DNA from: an uncultured Planctomycetales bacterium
GTDB lineage: Bacteria > Planctomycetota > Planctomycetia > Pirellulales > Pirellulaceae
Direction of reading: 5' to 3'
DNA length: 32,000 nucleotides
Assembly (NCBI GenBank): GCA_963695565.1
Contig: CAVOGW010000001.1
Location: 883,823-915,822, forward strand
In this document: positions 9,373-17,380 of the stretch, in pieces
Layout: each line of letters opens with the position of its first letter
How positions within the stretch are numbered: position 1 is the first letter of the stretch
Made by a program: the position numbers and the translations under genes
Notes under the pieces: model-generated
Database searches by the model: none
The model's input: the letters and a program-made list of their open reading frames with translations, nothing else
What the model was told of the DNA's origin: nothing

Positions 9373-9580
9373 CTCACTCGCTTGCGCGTTTTGAAGTTGC
9401 GCTAAGGCGAAAACAGCGTGAAAATACAAGCTCGACGCGCCAGCGAGTGGGTCTGCCAGCGGGCTGAATCACGGGTTTCGGCCAAGTGCCACCGAAAGTG
9501 TGCAACTTCAGAACTTGCGCGTCGTGCTTGTATTTTTGGGGGTTATTCCGCTGAGCGCAAATTCAAGACTCGCGCGTCGT
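9373..9580 (+). repeat. Repeat family B, copy 1: about 200-bp imperfect long palindrome
   Basis: The core 9373-9535 matches 20026-20187 at roughly 85-90% by eye. Inner arms AAAATACAAGCTCGACGCGC (9421-9440) and GCGCGTCGTGCTTGTATTTT (9519-9538) are near-complementary. Outer arms (9381-9410 and 9550-9578) are also partly complementary. Central hairpin TTTCGG-N10-CCGAAA. Confidence 0.85.
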
Positions 9581-9964
9581 GGTTGTCTTTTCGGGACCGA
9601 TGGGAGGGACGAAGTCCGGACGTATTTCCCGGCTAACCGGCATTTTCCTCTTGGCTGGCAATCCTTTTTTCGAGGCGGTCCTTTGCCCCAGCCGTTCTTG
9701 CGCCGGCGAGTGCCGACCGCGATGGGATACGGTTGCTCCGCGTTGTGCGATGCTCTATCTTACAACCGAGATCAGCGACCGTATCCTGTAGACCAACGTA
9801 GCGACCACGCACGACCGTGGCCTTTGAACTCCGGGCGGGGGGTTTTTCACGCCTGGTTTCTTTGTGTCGTCGATGAGCCATCATAACCGTCGACGATTCC
9901 TCGAGAATGTCACCACGCAGCAACGGTGGCCCTTGTTTCGAAGTGCCATAATTGACGACAAAAA

Positions 9965-11326
9965 ATGACCAAGCCAAAACAACTTCTCAAGATTGCATCG
10001 CTCAGCGGATATCCCGAATGGTTGCCTGAGCAGCAACTGGTGCAGGAGCGATTTATTCAAGTCATCCGCAACACGTTCGAGCTGGCGGGCTACGCGCCGA
10101 TGCGCTGCCGGTCGGTCGAGCCTTTGGACACGCTGCTCAAGAAGGGGGAAACGGACAAGGAAATTTACGTCGTGCGGCGGATCCACGCTGATGACGAAAG
10201 TTCACCCAGTAAATTGGGCTTGCACTTCGACCTGACGGTGCCCTTCGCGCGGTTTGTCTCGGAACGTCTGTCGTCGCTGACGTTTCCGCTCAAGCGATAT
10301 CAGATCCAGGAGGCCTGGCGTGGCGAGCGGCCGCAGGAAGGACGTTACCGAGAATTCATGCAGGCCGATGCCGATGTGGTCGGCCGCGGCAGTCTGTCAC
10401 TGGATCATGACATTGAACTACCGGGATTACTGATCGAGATTCTGGACGGATTGCCCATACCCCAGGTCACGATTCTCGTTAACAATCGCAAAGCCATGGA
10501 TGGATTCTTGCAAGCGTTGGAAGTCAAAGATATTGCCGACACGCTGCGGAAAGTCGACAAGATTGCCAAGATTGGGGAACACAAGGTTGCCGAACTTTTG
10601 CAAAGTGATCTGAGCGAGAAACAAACCCGCGCCGTATTGGAATTTTGCCAGATACGCGCGACGGATCATTCGTTTGTTGATCGGGTTCGGGACTTGGGCG
10701 TCCATTCACCCACCCTGGATCAGGGACTCGAGGAACTGACGGCCGTGGTTGACGGCAATCAACACATCCGACCCGGCGCGCTGTGCGTCGATTTTCGCAT
10801 TGCCCGAGGTTTTGATTACTATACGGGGACTGTCTACGAAGGGCTGATGCAGGGATTCGAGCACATTGGAGCCGTTTGCTCGGGCGGCCGGTACGATGAC
10901 CTCGTTACGCAAGGTAGCAACAGCTCCGAAAAATACCCCGGCATCGGCGTGTCCATCGGTATCACACGCATTCTCGGCGTATTAATGGGACGCGGCCATT
11001 TGGTGGCGTCGCGGGCCACGCCCACGTGCGTCCTGGTCGCGCTGAACGATCGCGAGCATCGACCGGCCGCGAATGCCGTCGCTCGTCGCTTGCGGTCACG
11101 ACACATCCCTGCCGAAGTATTTGATGAGCCGTTAAAATACGGAGAGCAAATTCGATACGCCATCAAGAAGGGCATTCCCTACGTTTGGTTCCACAACGTC
11201 GATGGTAATGCGCGGCACGAAGTGCGTGATTTGGAAACCGGCCAGCAACAGGAAGAGGATCTCGAGGCGTGGGTGCCGCGATCAGAACTCCTTCATCCGG
11301 GAATCATCTACACGCCGCCCGGATGA
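9965..11326 (+). CDS. hisS: Histidine--tRNA ligase (class II aaRS)
   Basis: Motif 1/2 region (LHFDLTVPFARF, RYQIQEAWRGERPQEGRYREFMQADADVVG), motif 3 (GGRYDDL, GIGVSIGITRI), and a C-terminal anticodon-binding domain (CVLVALNDREH). The C-terminal domain excludes HisZ. Confidence 0.9.
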   Translation: MTKPKQLLKIASLSGYPEWLPEQQLVQERFIQVIRNTFELAGYAPMRCRSVEPLDTLLKKGETDKEIYVVRRIHADDESSPSKLGLHFDLTVPFARFVSERLSSLTFPLKRYQIQEAWRGERPQEGRYREFMQADADVVGRGSLSLDHDIELPGLLIEILDGLPIPQVTILVNNRKAMDGFLQALEVKDIADTLRKVDKIAKIGEHKVAELLQSDLSEKQTRAVLEFCQIRATDHSFVDRVRDLGVHSPTLDQGLEELTAVVDGNQHIRPGALCVDFRIARGFDYYTGTVYEGLMQGFEHIGAVCSGGRYDDLVTQGSNSSEKYPGIGVSIGITRILGVLMGRGHLVASRATPTCVLVALNDREHRPAANAVARRLRSRHIPAEVFDEPLKYGEQIRYAIKKGIPYVWFHNVDGNARHEVRDLETGQQQEEDLEAWVPRSELLHPGIIYTPPG

Positions 11327-11420
11327 TCGGTGCTGTTGGCATGTCGCCTTTCGTACCGCGAAAACTCCTTGTCGGGCTGGTTTCGCAAGCGTACCTTTGC
11401 CGCGTTAGGGAGCCGAAGTA

Positions 11421-12722
11421 ATGTACCCGTCATTCGCCGTTTGCCTTCGAGTATTGGGTTGTCTCGTCATGCTGGCCGCGCCGATTGTGGGAGCACCGCC
11501 CTCAGACGCGAACACCACGCGCCCCTTGCTCCTGGTTCCGGATGCGGTCTGGGACGGTCAAAAGGATGCGCCGCAGAAGGGTTTCGTCGTCCTCATCAAG
11601 GGCAGCCGGATTCAGGCCGTGGGTCTTCCGGCGGACGTACAGGCACCGTCGGATGCCGAACAGGTGCAACTTCCAGGCACGACACTCATGCCCGGGCTGA
11701 TCGAAGGCCATTCGCACCTCTTCCTGCATCCATACAGTGAGACGCTGTGGGACGATCAGGTGCTGAAGGAGCCGCTGGGCTTCCGTATGGTCGAGGCGGT
11801 GGCCCACGCGCGGACCACGCTTCTGGCCGGTATCACGACCACGCGGGACCTTGGCACCGAAGGCGCGCAGGACGACGACGTCCAACTGCGTCGGGCAATC
11901 GACGCCGGGGTTGTGCCGGGGCCGAGAATCGTTGCCGTAACCCGAGCAATCGTGGCCAGCGGCAGCTATGGCCCTCGACGATCGGTATATTCATTCGATC
12001 CGCCTCAGGGGGCCGAGGAGGCCACGGGTGTGGAGCAGATTGTGCGGGTCACCCGCCGCCAGATCGGACGCGGCGCGGACTGGATTAAGGTCTACGCCGA
12101 CTACTCCTGGGGCCCGACCGGTACGGTTCGGCCTACATTTACCGAGAAAGAACTCAAGGCACTGGTCGCCGCCGCCACGGACGCGGGCCGGCCGGTGTCG
12201 GCCCACGCCATGACCGCGGAGGGAATGCGGCGCGCAGCGGAAGCCGGCGTGACTACCATCGAGCACGGAGATCAAGGAACGCCGGAAGTATTTGAATTGA
12301 TGCGCAAACGTGGCGTGGCGCTTTGCCCGACACTGGCAGCCGCAGAAGCCTACGCGCGATATTTTGACGGTTTTGTGCCGGGAAAGACGCCCGAGCCCGA
12401 GAAGCTTAAACAAAAATGGAACTCCTTCCACGCGGCGCTGGAGGCCGGTGTGCTAATCTGTTTTGGCGGCGACGTGGGCGTCTTCGCTCATGGCCAAAAC
12501 GTACGAGAACTCGAGTTGATGGTGGCACATGGGATGACACCACTAGCGGCGCTTAAAACCGCCACCGAGGGGAACGCGCAGATCTTGCAGCTCCCAGACC
12601 GCGGCCGTATTGCTCCCGGATTGTTGGCCGATCTCTTGGCCGTGGCAGGAGACCCCACGCGAGATGTCGGGTCCCTGTGGAAAGTCGAAGGCGTGTGGAA
12701 AGGCGGGAATCGCGCGGACTAG
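11421..12722 (+). CDS. Secreted metal-dependent amidohydrolase family protein
   Basis: Signal-peptide-like N-terminus (LRVLGCLVMLAAPIVGA), metal-binding PGLIEGHSHLF, and later SAHA, IEHG and FGGDVG segments typical of the amidohydrolase superfamily. Confidence 0.85.
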   Translation: MYPSFAVCLRVLGCLVMLAAPIVGAPPSDANTTRPLLLVPDAVWDGQKDAPQKGFVVLIKGSRIQAVGLPADVQAPSDAEQVQLPGTTLMPGLIEGHSHLFLHPYSETLWDDQVLKEPLGFRMVEAVAHARTTLLAGITTTRDLGTEGAQDDDVQLRRAIDAGVVPGPRIVAVTRAIVASGSYGPRRSVYSFDPPQGAEEATGVEQIVRVTRRQIGRGADWIKVYADYSWGPTGTVRPTFTEKELKALVAAATDAGRPVSAHAMTAEGMRRAAEAGVTTIEHGDQGTPEVFELMRKRGVALCPTLAAAEAYARYFDGFVPGKTPEPEKLKQKWNSFHAALEAGVLICFGGDVGVFAHGQNVRELELMVAHGMTPLAALKTATEGNAQILQLPDRGRIAPGLLADLLAVAGDPTRDVGSLWKVEGVWKGGNRAD

Positions 12723-12985
12723 TCGAACAGCCCGATTTGCGTCTGACTACGAGCGCGGCCATCGGCGTTCAAGTTTCCGTCGCTCCAGAATAGCAATGCA
12801 GCGTTGTGTCCAGGTGCGGCCGGCCACGGACCGCACGCGCACTGCTGCTGACGGACAAGACACAGGCAATCGCGATCCAAATTGCGGATGTGTTCCAACG
12901 ATTGCGTCGAGACACGATCCCCTCCATGAAAGATCCGCACGCGTCGAATGGCGAAATCTTCGAGTATGGCAGCGGTCCGGCGATG

Positions 12986-14557
12986 TTACGACCCTTTGCT
13001 CGAACCGAGAGCGGCCCGCAATTGTGCCGCTTGCTGCTGGATCCTGCGAAGTTCCGCCGCTGGCTTCCGCTTTAGATTCTTCAGCTGCATGGACATGCGA
13101 TGGTTGCCTGCCAGTTGCTGCTGATGACGGACCAGGAAGTCCCAATACAGCGTCGTGAAAGGGCATGCGTCATCCCCCGTGGCTGCTGCCGGATCGTACC
13201 GGCAACCGGCGCAATAGTTGCTCATCCGCTGGATGTACTTGCCCGTGGCTACGTAGGGCTTACTGGCCATTACGCCGCCGTCAGCAAATTGCGACATGCC
13301 CAGCGAATTCGGCAGCTCCACCCATTCGACCGCATCGACGTACACGGCCAGGTACCACTCGTGCACGAGCTGCGGTTCAACACCCCACAACAGCGCGAAC
13401 AGTCCCGTGACCATCAGCCGCTGGATGTGGTGAGCGTAGCCGTATTCGAGCGTCTGCCCGATGGCCTGACGCAGGCAATGCAGGTCGGTCTCCCCGGTCC
13501 AGTAGAATTGCGGCAGCGGCTGCGTAGCCTGCAAGGCGTTGCGCTCCAGGTACTCGGGCATGTACAGCCAGTACACGCCACGCACATATTCCCTCCAACC
13601 CAGAATCTGTCGTACAAAGCCCTCAACGCTATTCAGCGGCGCGCGTGCGGACCGGTAGGCTGCCACGGCGGACTGGATCACGTCGCGCGGATCGAGTAGC
13701 TTGAGGTTCAGCGCCGCCGATATACGGGCGTGGTATAAGTAGGGCTCGTCGGTCCACATCGCATCCTGATAATCTCCAAAACTGGCAAGTCGATGTTCGA
13801 CAAAATCCTTCAGCGCCTGCTGTGCCTGTTTCGGCGTGACAGGCCAGTCAAAATGTCTTAGCGTACCTGGGTGTGACGCAAACTTGCGTTCCACGAGCGT
13901 CATCACTTCCCGGGTCGTGGCGTCCGGTCGAAACCTCTTCACGGCGGGGATGTATTCCGGCCCGGACTTGCCAAACGCCCCCCGATTTTCACTGTCGTAA
14001 TTCCAGCTGCCCCCTTCCGGCTGGTCCCCGTCCAACAGGATGTTGTGTTTACGTCGCAACTCGCGATAAAAATACTCCAGTCTCAGCTGTTTGCGGCCGT
14101 GCGCATGCTCCGCGAATTCCTCCGGCGTGCTGAGGAAGTGACGGTCCGTGCGCAACTGCAATTCGATTTCTAATCGATTGGCCGTCTGCTCAAGACTCTG
14201 GCCGACGCGCCATTCGCCCGGTTGTACGACGACCAATCGACTGGGCTTCCATTGGTTCACGGCCGCCTCCAGCTCAGCAGCCAACGTTCCCTCGTTGCGG
14301 CGATCATCCAGTAGTCGGTAGTCAACGCGTATATCTCGCTTGATCAGCGCGTCGCGGAAGTGTCGCATCGCGGCAAGGAACATCACGATGCGCACTTTAT
14401 GCGTCCAGACGTGCGTTGATTCTTCCGCAACCTCGGCCATCCAGATAACATCCAGCTGGGGGTCGAAGTCATCAAACGCCGCGGAATCGGCATTGAGCTG
14501 ATCGCCCAACACGATCACAAGATTCCGGCACCTACCCGGGCGGGACTTTTGGGTCAT
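12986..14557 (-). CDS. FeS-BCP family cryptochrome/photolyase (PhrB/CryB-type, probable (6-4) photolyase)
   Basis: Collinear with Agrobacterium PhrB from memory: VIVLGDQLN, WMAEVAEEST, FLAAMRHF, QPGEWRV, EYFYRELRRK, NSVEGFVRQILGWREY, YAHHIQRLMVTG, VELPNSLGMSQFADGG. Four Cys positioned as the [4Fe-4S] ligands (LHC, NYC, AGC, DAC). Confidence 0.9.
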   Translation of the reverse strand: MTQKSRPGRCRNLVIVLGDQLNADSAAFDDFDPQLDVIWMAEVAEESTHVWTHKVRIVMFLAAMRHFRDALIKRDIRVDYRLLDDRRNEGTLAAELEAAVNQWKPSRLVVVQPGEWRVGQSLEQTANRLEIELQLRTDRHFLSTPEEFAEHAHGRKQLRLEYFYRELRRKHNILLDGDQPEGGSWNYDSENRGAFGKSGPEYIPAVKRFRPDATTREVMTLVERKFASHPGTLRHFDWPVTPKQAQQALKDFVEHRLASFGDYQDAMWTDEPYLYHARISAALNLKLLDPRDVIQSAVAAYRSARAPLNSVEGFVRQILGWREYVRGVYWLYMPEYLERNALQATQPLPQFYWTGETDLHCLRQAIGQTLEYGYAHHIQRLMVTGLFALLWGVEPQLVHEWYLAVYVDAVEWVELPNSLGMSQFADGGVMASKPYVATGKYIQRMSNYCAGCRYDPAAATGDDACPFTTLYWDFLVRHQQQLAGNHRMSMQLKNLKRKPAAELRRIQQQAAQLRAALGSSKGS

Positions 14558-14575
14558 ACGATCCCAGCTCGTTGT

Positions 14576-15829
14576 TCAAGTTTGGTTAAGTGCGGCGCAG
14601 ACAGCTTCGGCGGCCCGTCGACCAGCTGCCATCGCGCCGTTGATGGATGCGGTGTCGCAGTGATCGCCGCAGACGAAGACGCCCTCGCGCACGGTGGCTG
14701 GTTTTTCGACAGGCTGCAGCGCGGGTGGGGCCTGCACGGGCAGCGCATAGCGAATGTCGTACGTTTTCAAATGCCGCCACGATGCGACGGCTGAGCCAAA
14801 CCAGGCCTGGAGCTGACGTGTCACCTGCGGCATCAAGTTTTCCTGCTGTTTATAATCGTGCAGCACGGTAACTGAAACGAGCGACTGGCCGCCGGGCGCG
14901 TAGCCTGGTGAAACCTGGCTGGGAACGCACAAGTTGTTGATCGGTCCGCTGCCGTCGCCGTTGAGCACCAGGATCGGTTCCTTGACGGGCGGGGCCTCGG
15001 CCGCGAAGTACAGGCAATGCACGCTTCGCCCGTCCGCCGGGAACGGATCATCGAGAAGCCTGCGGGCGGCGGGCGCCTCGGTGGCAACGATGATGGCCCG
15101 CGCCGATAGCCGTTCTCCTCCGGAGAGGACAACATCCCGGCCGTCAATTGCCTGCACGTGACATTGGGTACGGACGACATCCGGGGGTAACTGACGGGCC
15201 AATTGTCGCGGAATTTCCCCCATGCCGTTTTGGGGCAGCGCCGCTTCGCCCAGCGCAAACATGCGGAACACGAACTCACAAAGGCGGCTGGAAGTTTGTA
15301 GATCGCGGTCCAGAAAGACACCCCCAAAAAATGGGCGAAAGAACCGTTCGATGATCACGTCGGAAAAGCCATGGCCACGCAGCAGGTCCATGGTGGGCTG
15401 TTCCGGCCGTCGGTACAGTTCTTCGATTTCTCCCCGCGTGGTGTGCCGACGAAACAGAGGAATTCTCAGCTTATCGGACAGCGTCGCGGCTGGTGAGATG
15501 GCAGTCGCCAGCCAATGCTGCGGTCGCCGCCAGGGGTCGGCCAGCCGATGGAATTTGCCGGCAAATCGAATCATGGCACCTGGCTCGAAGCGGCACAAAT
15601 CGAGTTGCCCATAGTCCAGCCACCGCTGGGCCTCCGGATAAGCGGTCAGGAACACCTGAAAGCCGCGATCCAAACGAAAGCCGTCCACATCGTCCGTCTG
15701 CACGCGACCGCCCACAGTGTCCTGGGACTCCAGCAACCGGCAGGTGACGCCGTGAGCACATAGTTGTCGGGCACAAACGAGTCCCGACAAGCCGGCTCCA
15801 ATTATGATCGCGTCAAATTCAGCAGCCAT
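14576..15829 (-). CDS. NAD(P)/FAD-dependent oxidoreductase, amine-oxidase / protoporphyrinogen-oxidase-like fold
   Basis: N-terminal dinucleotide-binding motif DAIIIGAGLSGL, then ESQDTVGGRV and FRLDRGFQVF. C-terminal FVCGD flavin-contact motif. Lies 18 nt upstream of the photolyase gene and 3 nt downstream of the deaminase gene. Confidence 0.85.
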   Translation of the reverse strand: MAAEFDAIIIGAGLSGLVCARQLCAHGVTCRLLESQDTVGGRVQTDDVDGFRLDRGFQVFLTAYPEAQRWLDYGQLDLCRFEPGAMIRFAGKFHRLADPWRRPQHWLATAISPAATLSDKLRIPLFRRHTTRGEIEELYRRPEQPTMDLLRGHGFSDVIIERFFRPFFGGVFLDRDLQTSSRLCEFVFRMFALGEAALPQNGMGEIPRQLARQLPPDVVRTQCHVQAIDGRDVVLSGGERLSARAIIVATEAPAARRLLDDPFPADGRSVHCLYFAAEAPPVKEPILVLNGDGSGPINNLCVPSQVSPGYAPGGQSLVSVTVLHDYKQQENLMPQVTRQLQAWFGSAVASWRHLKTYDIRYALPVQAPPALQPVEKPATVREGVFVCGDHCDTASINGAMAAGRRAAEAVCAALNQT

Positions 15830-15832
15830 GCG

Positions 15833-16276
15833 TCACGCTCGCGCTTCTTCAAACATTTGATCACACTGCTCGGCCAGCACTCCGCCACGAACCTCACAGC
15901 GGGCGAACGGGGCCTTGGCCACAACGGCCTCGGCCGACAAATCAAATTGTTTCCATCCCAGTTTCCGCAGCGTGTCAATACAGGTGCCAAACACTACTTC
16001 AGGAATGCCTGCCCAGATAACGGCAGCTTGGCACATGCAGCACGGCTCCGCAGTCGTATAAAGACGCAGACGGCTCCAGCTGCTGGCACCACTGGATGCA
16101 TAACCATTGATGGCATCAATCTCGCCATGCAAGACCGGATTCCGGTTGACACGATTCAGCCCCTCGGCCACGACCTGGCCCGATTCCAAATCCACCAGGA
16201 TCGCCGCGAATGGGGCTCGGGGATTGCCCCGAGCGATCTCGATGGCACGCTGCATGTATTGTCGGTCGTCCGGCAT
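15833..16276 (-). CDS. CMP/dCMP-type zinc deaminase (nucleoside/nucleobase deaminase, GuaD/TadA/FCY1-like)
   Basis: Zn-binding signature HGEIDAI and AEPCCMCQAAV (H-x-E, PC-x-x-C). 147 aa, single domain. It does not have the RibD-type spacing. Confidence 0.85.
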   Translation of the reverse strand: MPDDRQYMQRAIEIARGNPRAPFAAILVDLESGQVVAEGLNRVNRNPVLHGEIDAINGYASSGASSWSRLRLYTTAEPCCMCQAAVIWAGIPEVVFGTCIDTLRKLGWKQFDLSAEAVVAKAPFARCEVRGGVLAEQCDQMFEEARA

Positions 16277-16744
16277 GCGGAAGTCCTATTCGTCGAGTAG
16301 GTTGATTTCAAGCACTCATCGTACCATAAATGTTGACGCCGAATGATGAACCTCATTTGGTATCGCGACGTCAGCTGGCAGATCCTTTGGTCGCGTTGCT
16401 CCTTCCGGTTGACATGACAACGCCGGATCGCCATGGTGAGGCAGTGCGCCGAGAACGCGGTGTCATCCTGGAAGAGCTGAGGCCGTGCGCAGCACGGGTC
16501 ACGACCGAATAATGTCCCATTAACGACGCCGAAGGTCAGACTGTTTTTGGGTAGGCGTTGAGGGAATTGCGTGACGTCGGGTCATCATCGTACTAAGGTA
16601 AGATCAAGATTATGATTAAAAACCACGGACAATCCGTGAACGGCTACTTCAGATCTTTCCTGCCTTGCCTCATCCGTAGTTTCCTCTAAGATCCTGGCGT
16701 TAATTGCGCGTTCGTCACTTAGATGTTCGGGTCTCGAATACCGT

Positions 16745-17262
16745 ATGGAAGTAAGTCAAAGTCAACCCGAAACTGACCGTCCTCCGTTGGCTCGTCCAGC
16801 GGTCGCTACTTGGATTGGTCTGGCGGGATGGATCATGATCTGCTTCGGTGCCGCTGCGGCCGGTGCGCAATTGCGCCCGACAATTGGTATGCTCAGCTGA
16901 AGCGACCTGCGTGGTCGCCCCCCAACGCGGTGTTTGCACCGGTATGGACCACGCTCTACCTCTGCATGGCGGTCTCGGCGTGGCTGGTGTGGAAACGTGA
17001 AATCGTTCGATCCACCTGGCTGCCACTTCTGGTCTTCTTGCTGCAACTCGCGGCTAACGCTGCCTGGTCCTGGCTGTTCTTTAGGCGACACCGTATCGAT
17101 CTGGCGTTCCTCGATATTTTGATCCTCTTGGTCCTGATCATGGCAACCCTCGGTCTATTCTTCCGCCGAAGCCGGATTGCGGGCTGGTTATTAATTCCCT
17201 ACCTGGCATGGGTTCTTTTCGCCACCGCATTGAATTATCAATTCTGGCGATTGAATGCATAA
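16745..17262 (+). CDS. tspO: TspO/MBR tryptophan-rich sensory protein, reading frame interrupted near 16876-16880 (apparent 1-nt deficit)
   Basis: ORF 16810..17262 carries WYAQLKRPAWSPPNAVFAPVWTTLY, AANAAWSWLFF and IPYLAWVLFATALNYQFWRLN. The expected first TM helix (AVATWIGLAGWIMICFGAAAAGAQLRP) is encoded from ATG 16745 in another frame, which stops at 16898-16900. Confidence 0.8.
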
Positions 17263-17380
17263 ATGGCACGCGGAGTGTTGCGACGCGGACCGTGATGGCG
17301 AGGGTTGACGCATAAGCCAACGTTTCGTCAAGCCGCCGCCGGGAGCTACGGAGGATGCACGACCCTGGAACGCAGCAAGC

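Noticed and set aside
9725-9786. 9-bp stem (GGATACGGT / ACCGTATCC) enclosing about 44 nt, located 180 nt upstream of hisS; considered as a T-box or other leader
   Set aside because: There is no T-box consensus, specifier architecture or terminator/antiterminator pair. An isolated stem in GC-rich DNA is not sufficient evidence.
9418-9886. ORFs over family B and the uvrB-hisS spacer (9418..9636, 9500..9886, 9579..9791; likewise 19950..20204 and 20020..20229)
   Set aside because: They are derived from the palindromic repeat (the same SAKCHRKCA peptide occurs in both copies), are Arg/Cys-rich, and have no coding signal.
12769-12927. 52-aa minus-strand ORF with a hydrophobic helix (MEGIVSRRNRWNTSAIWIAIACVLSVSSSARA) in the convergent gap between the amidohydrolase and photolyase genes
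   Set aside because: All three minus-strand frames are open here. There is no ribosome-binding site and no recognisable family, so the evidence is insufficient to call a gene.
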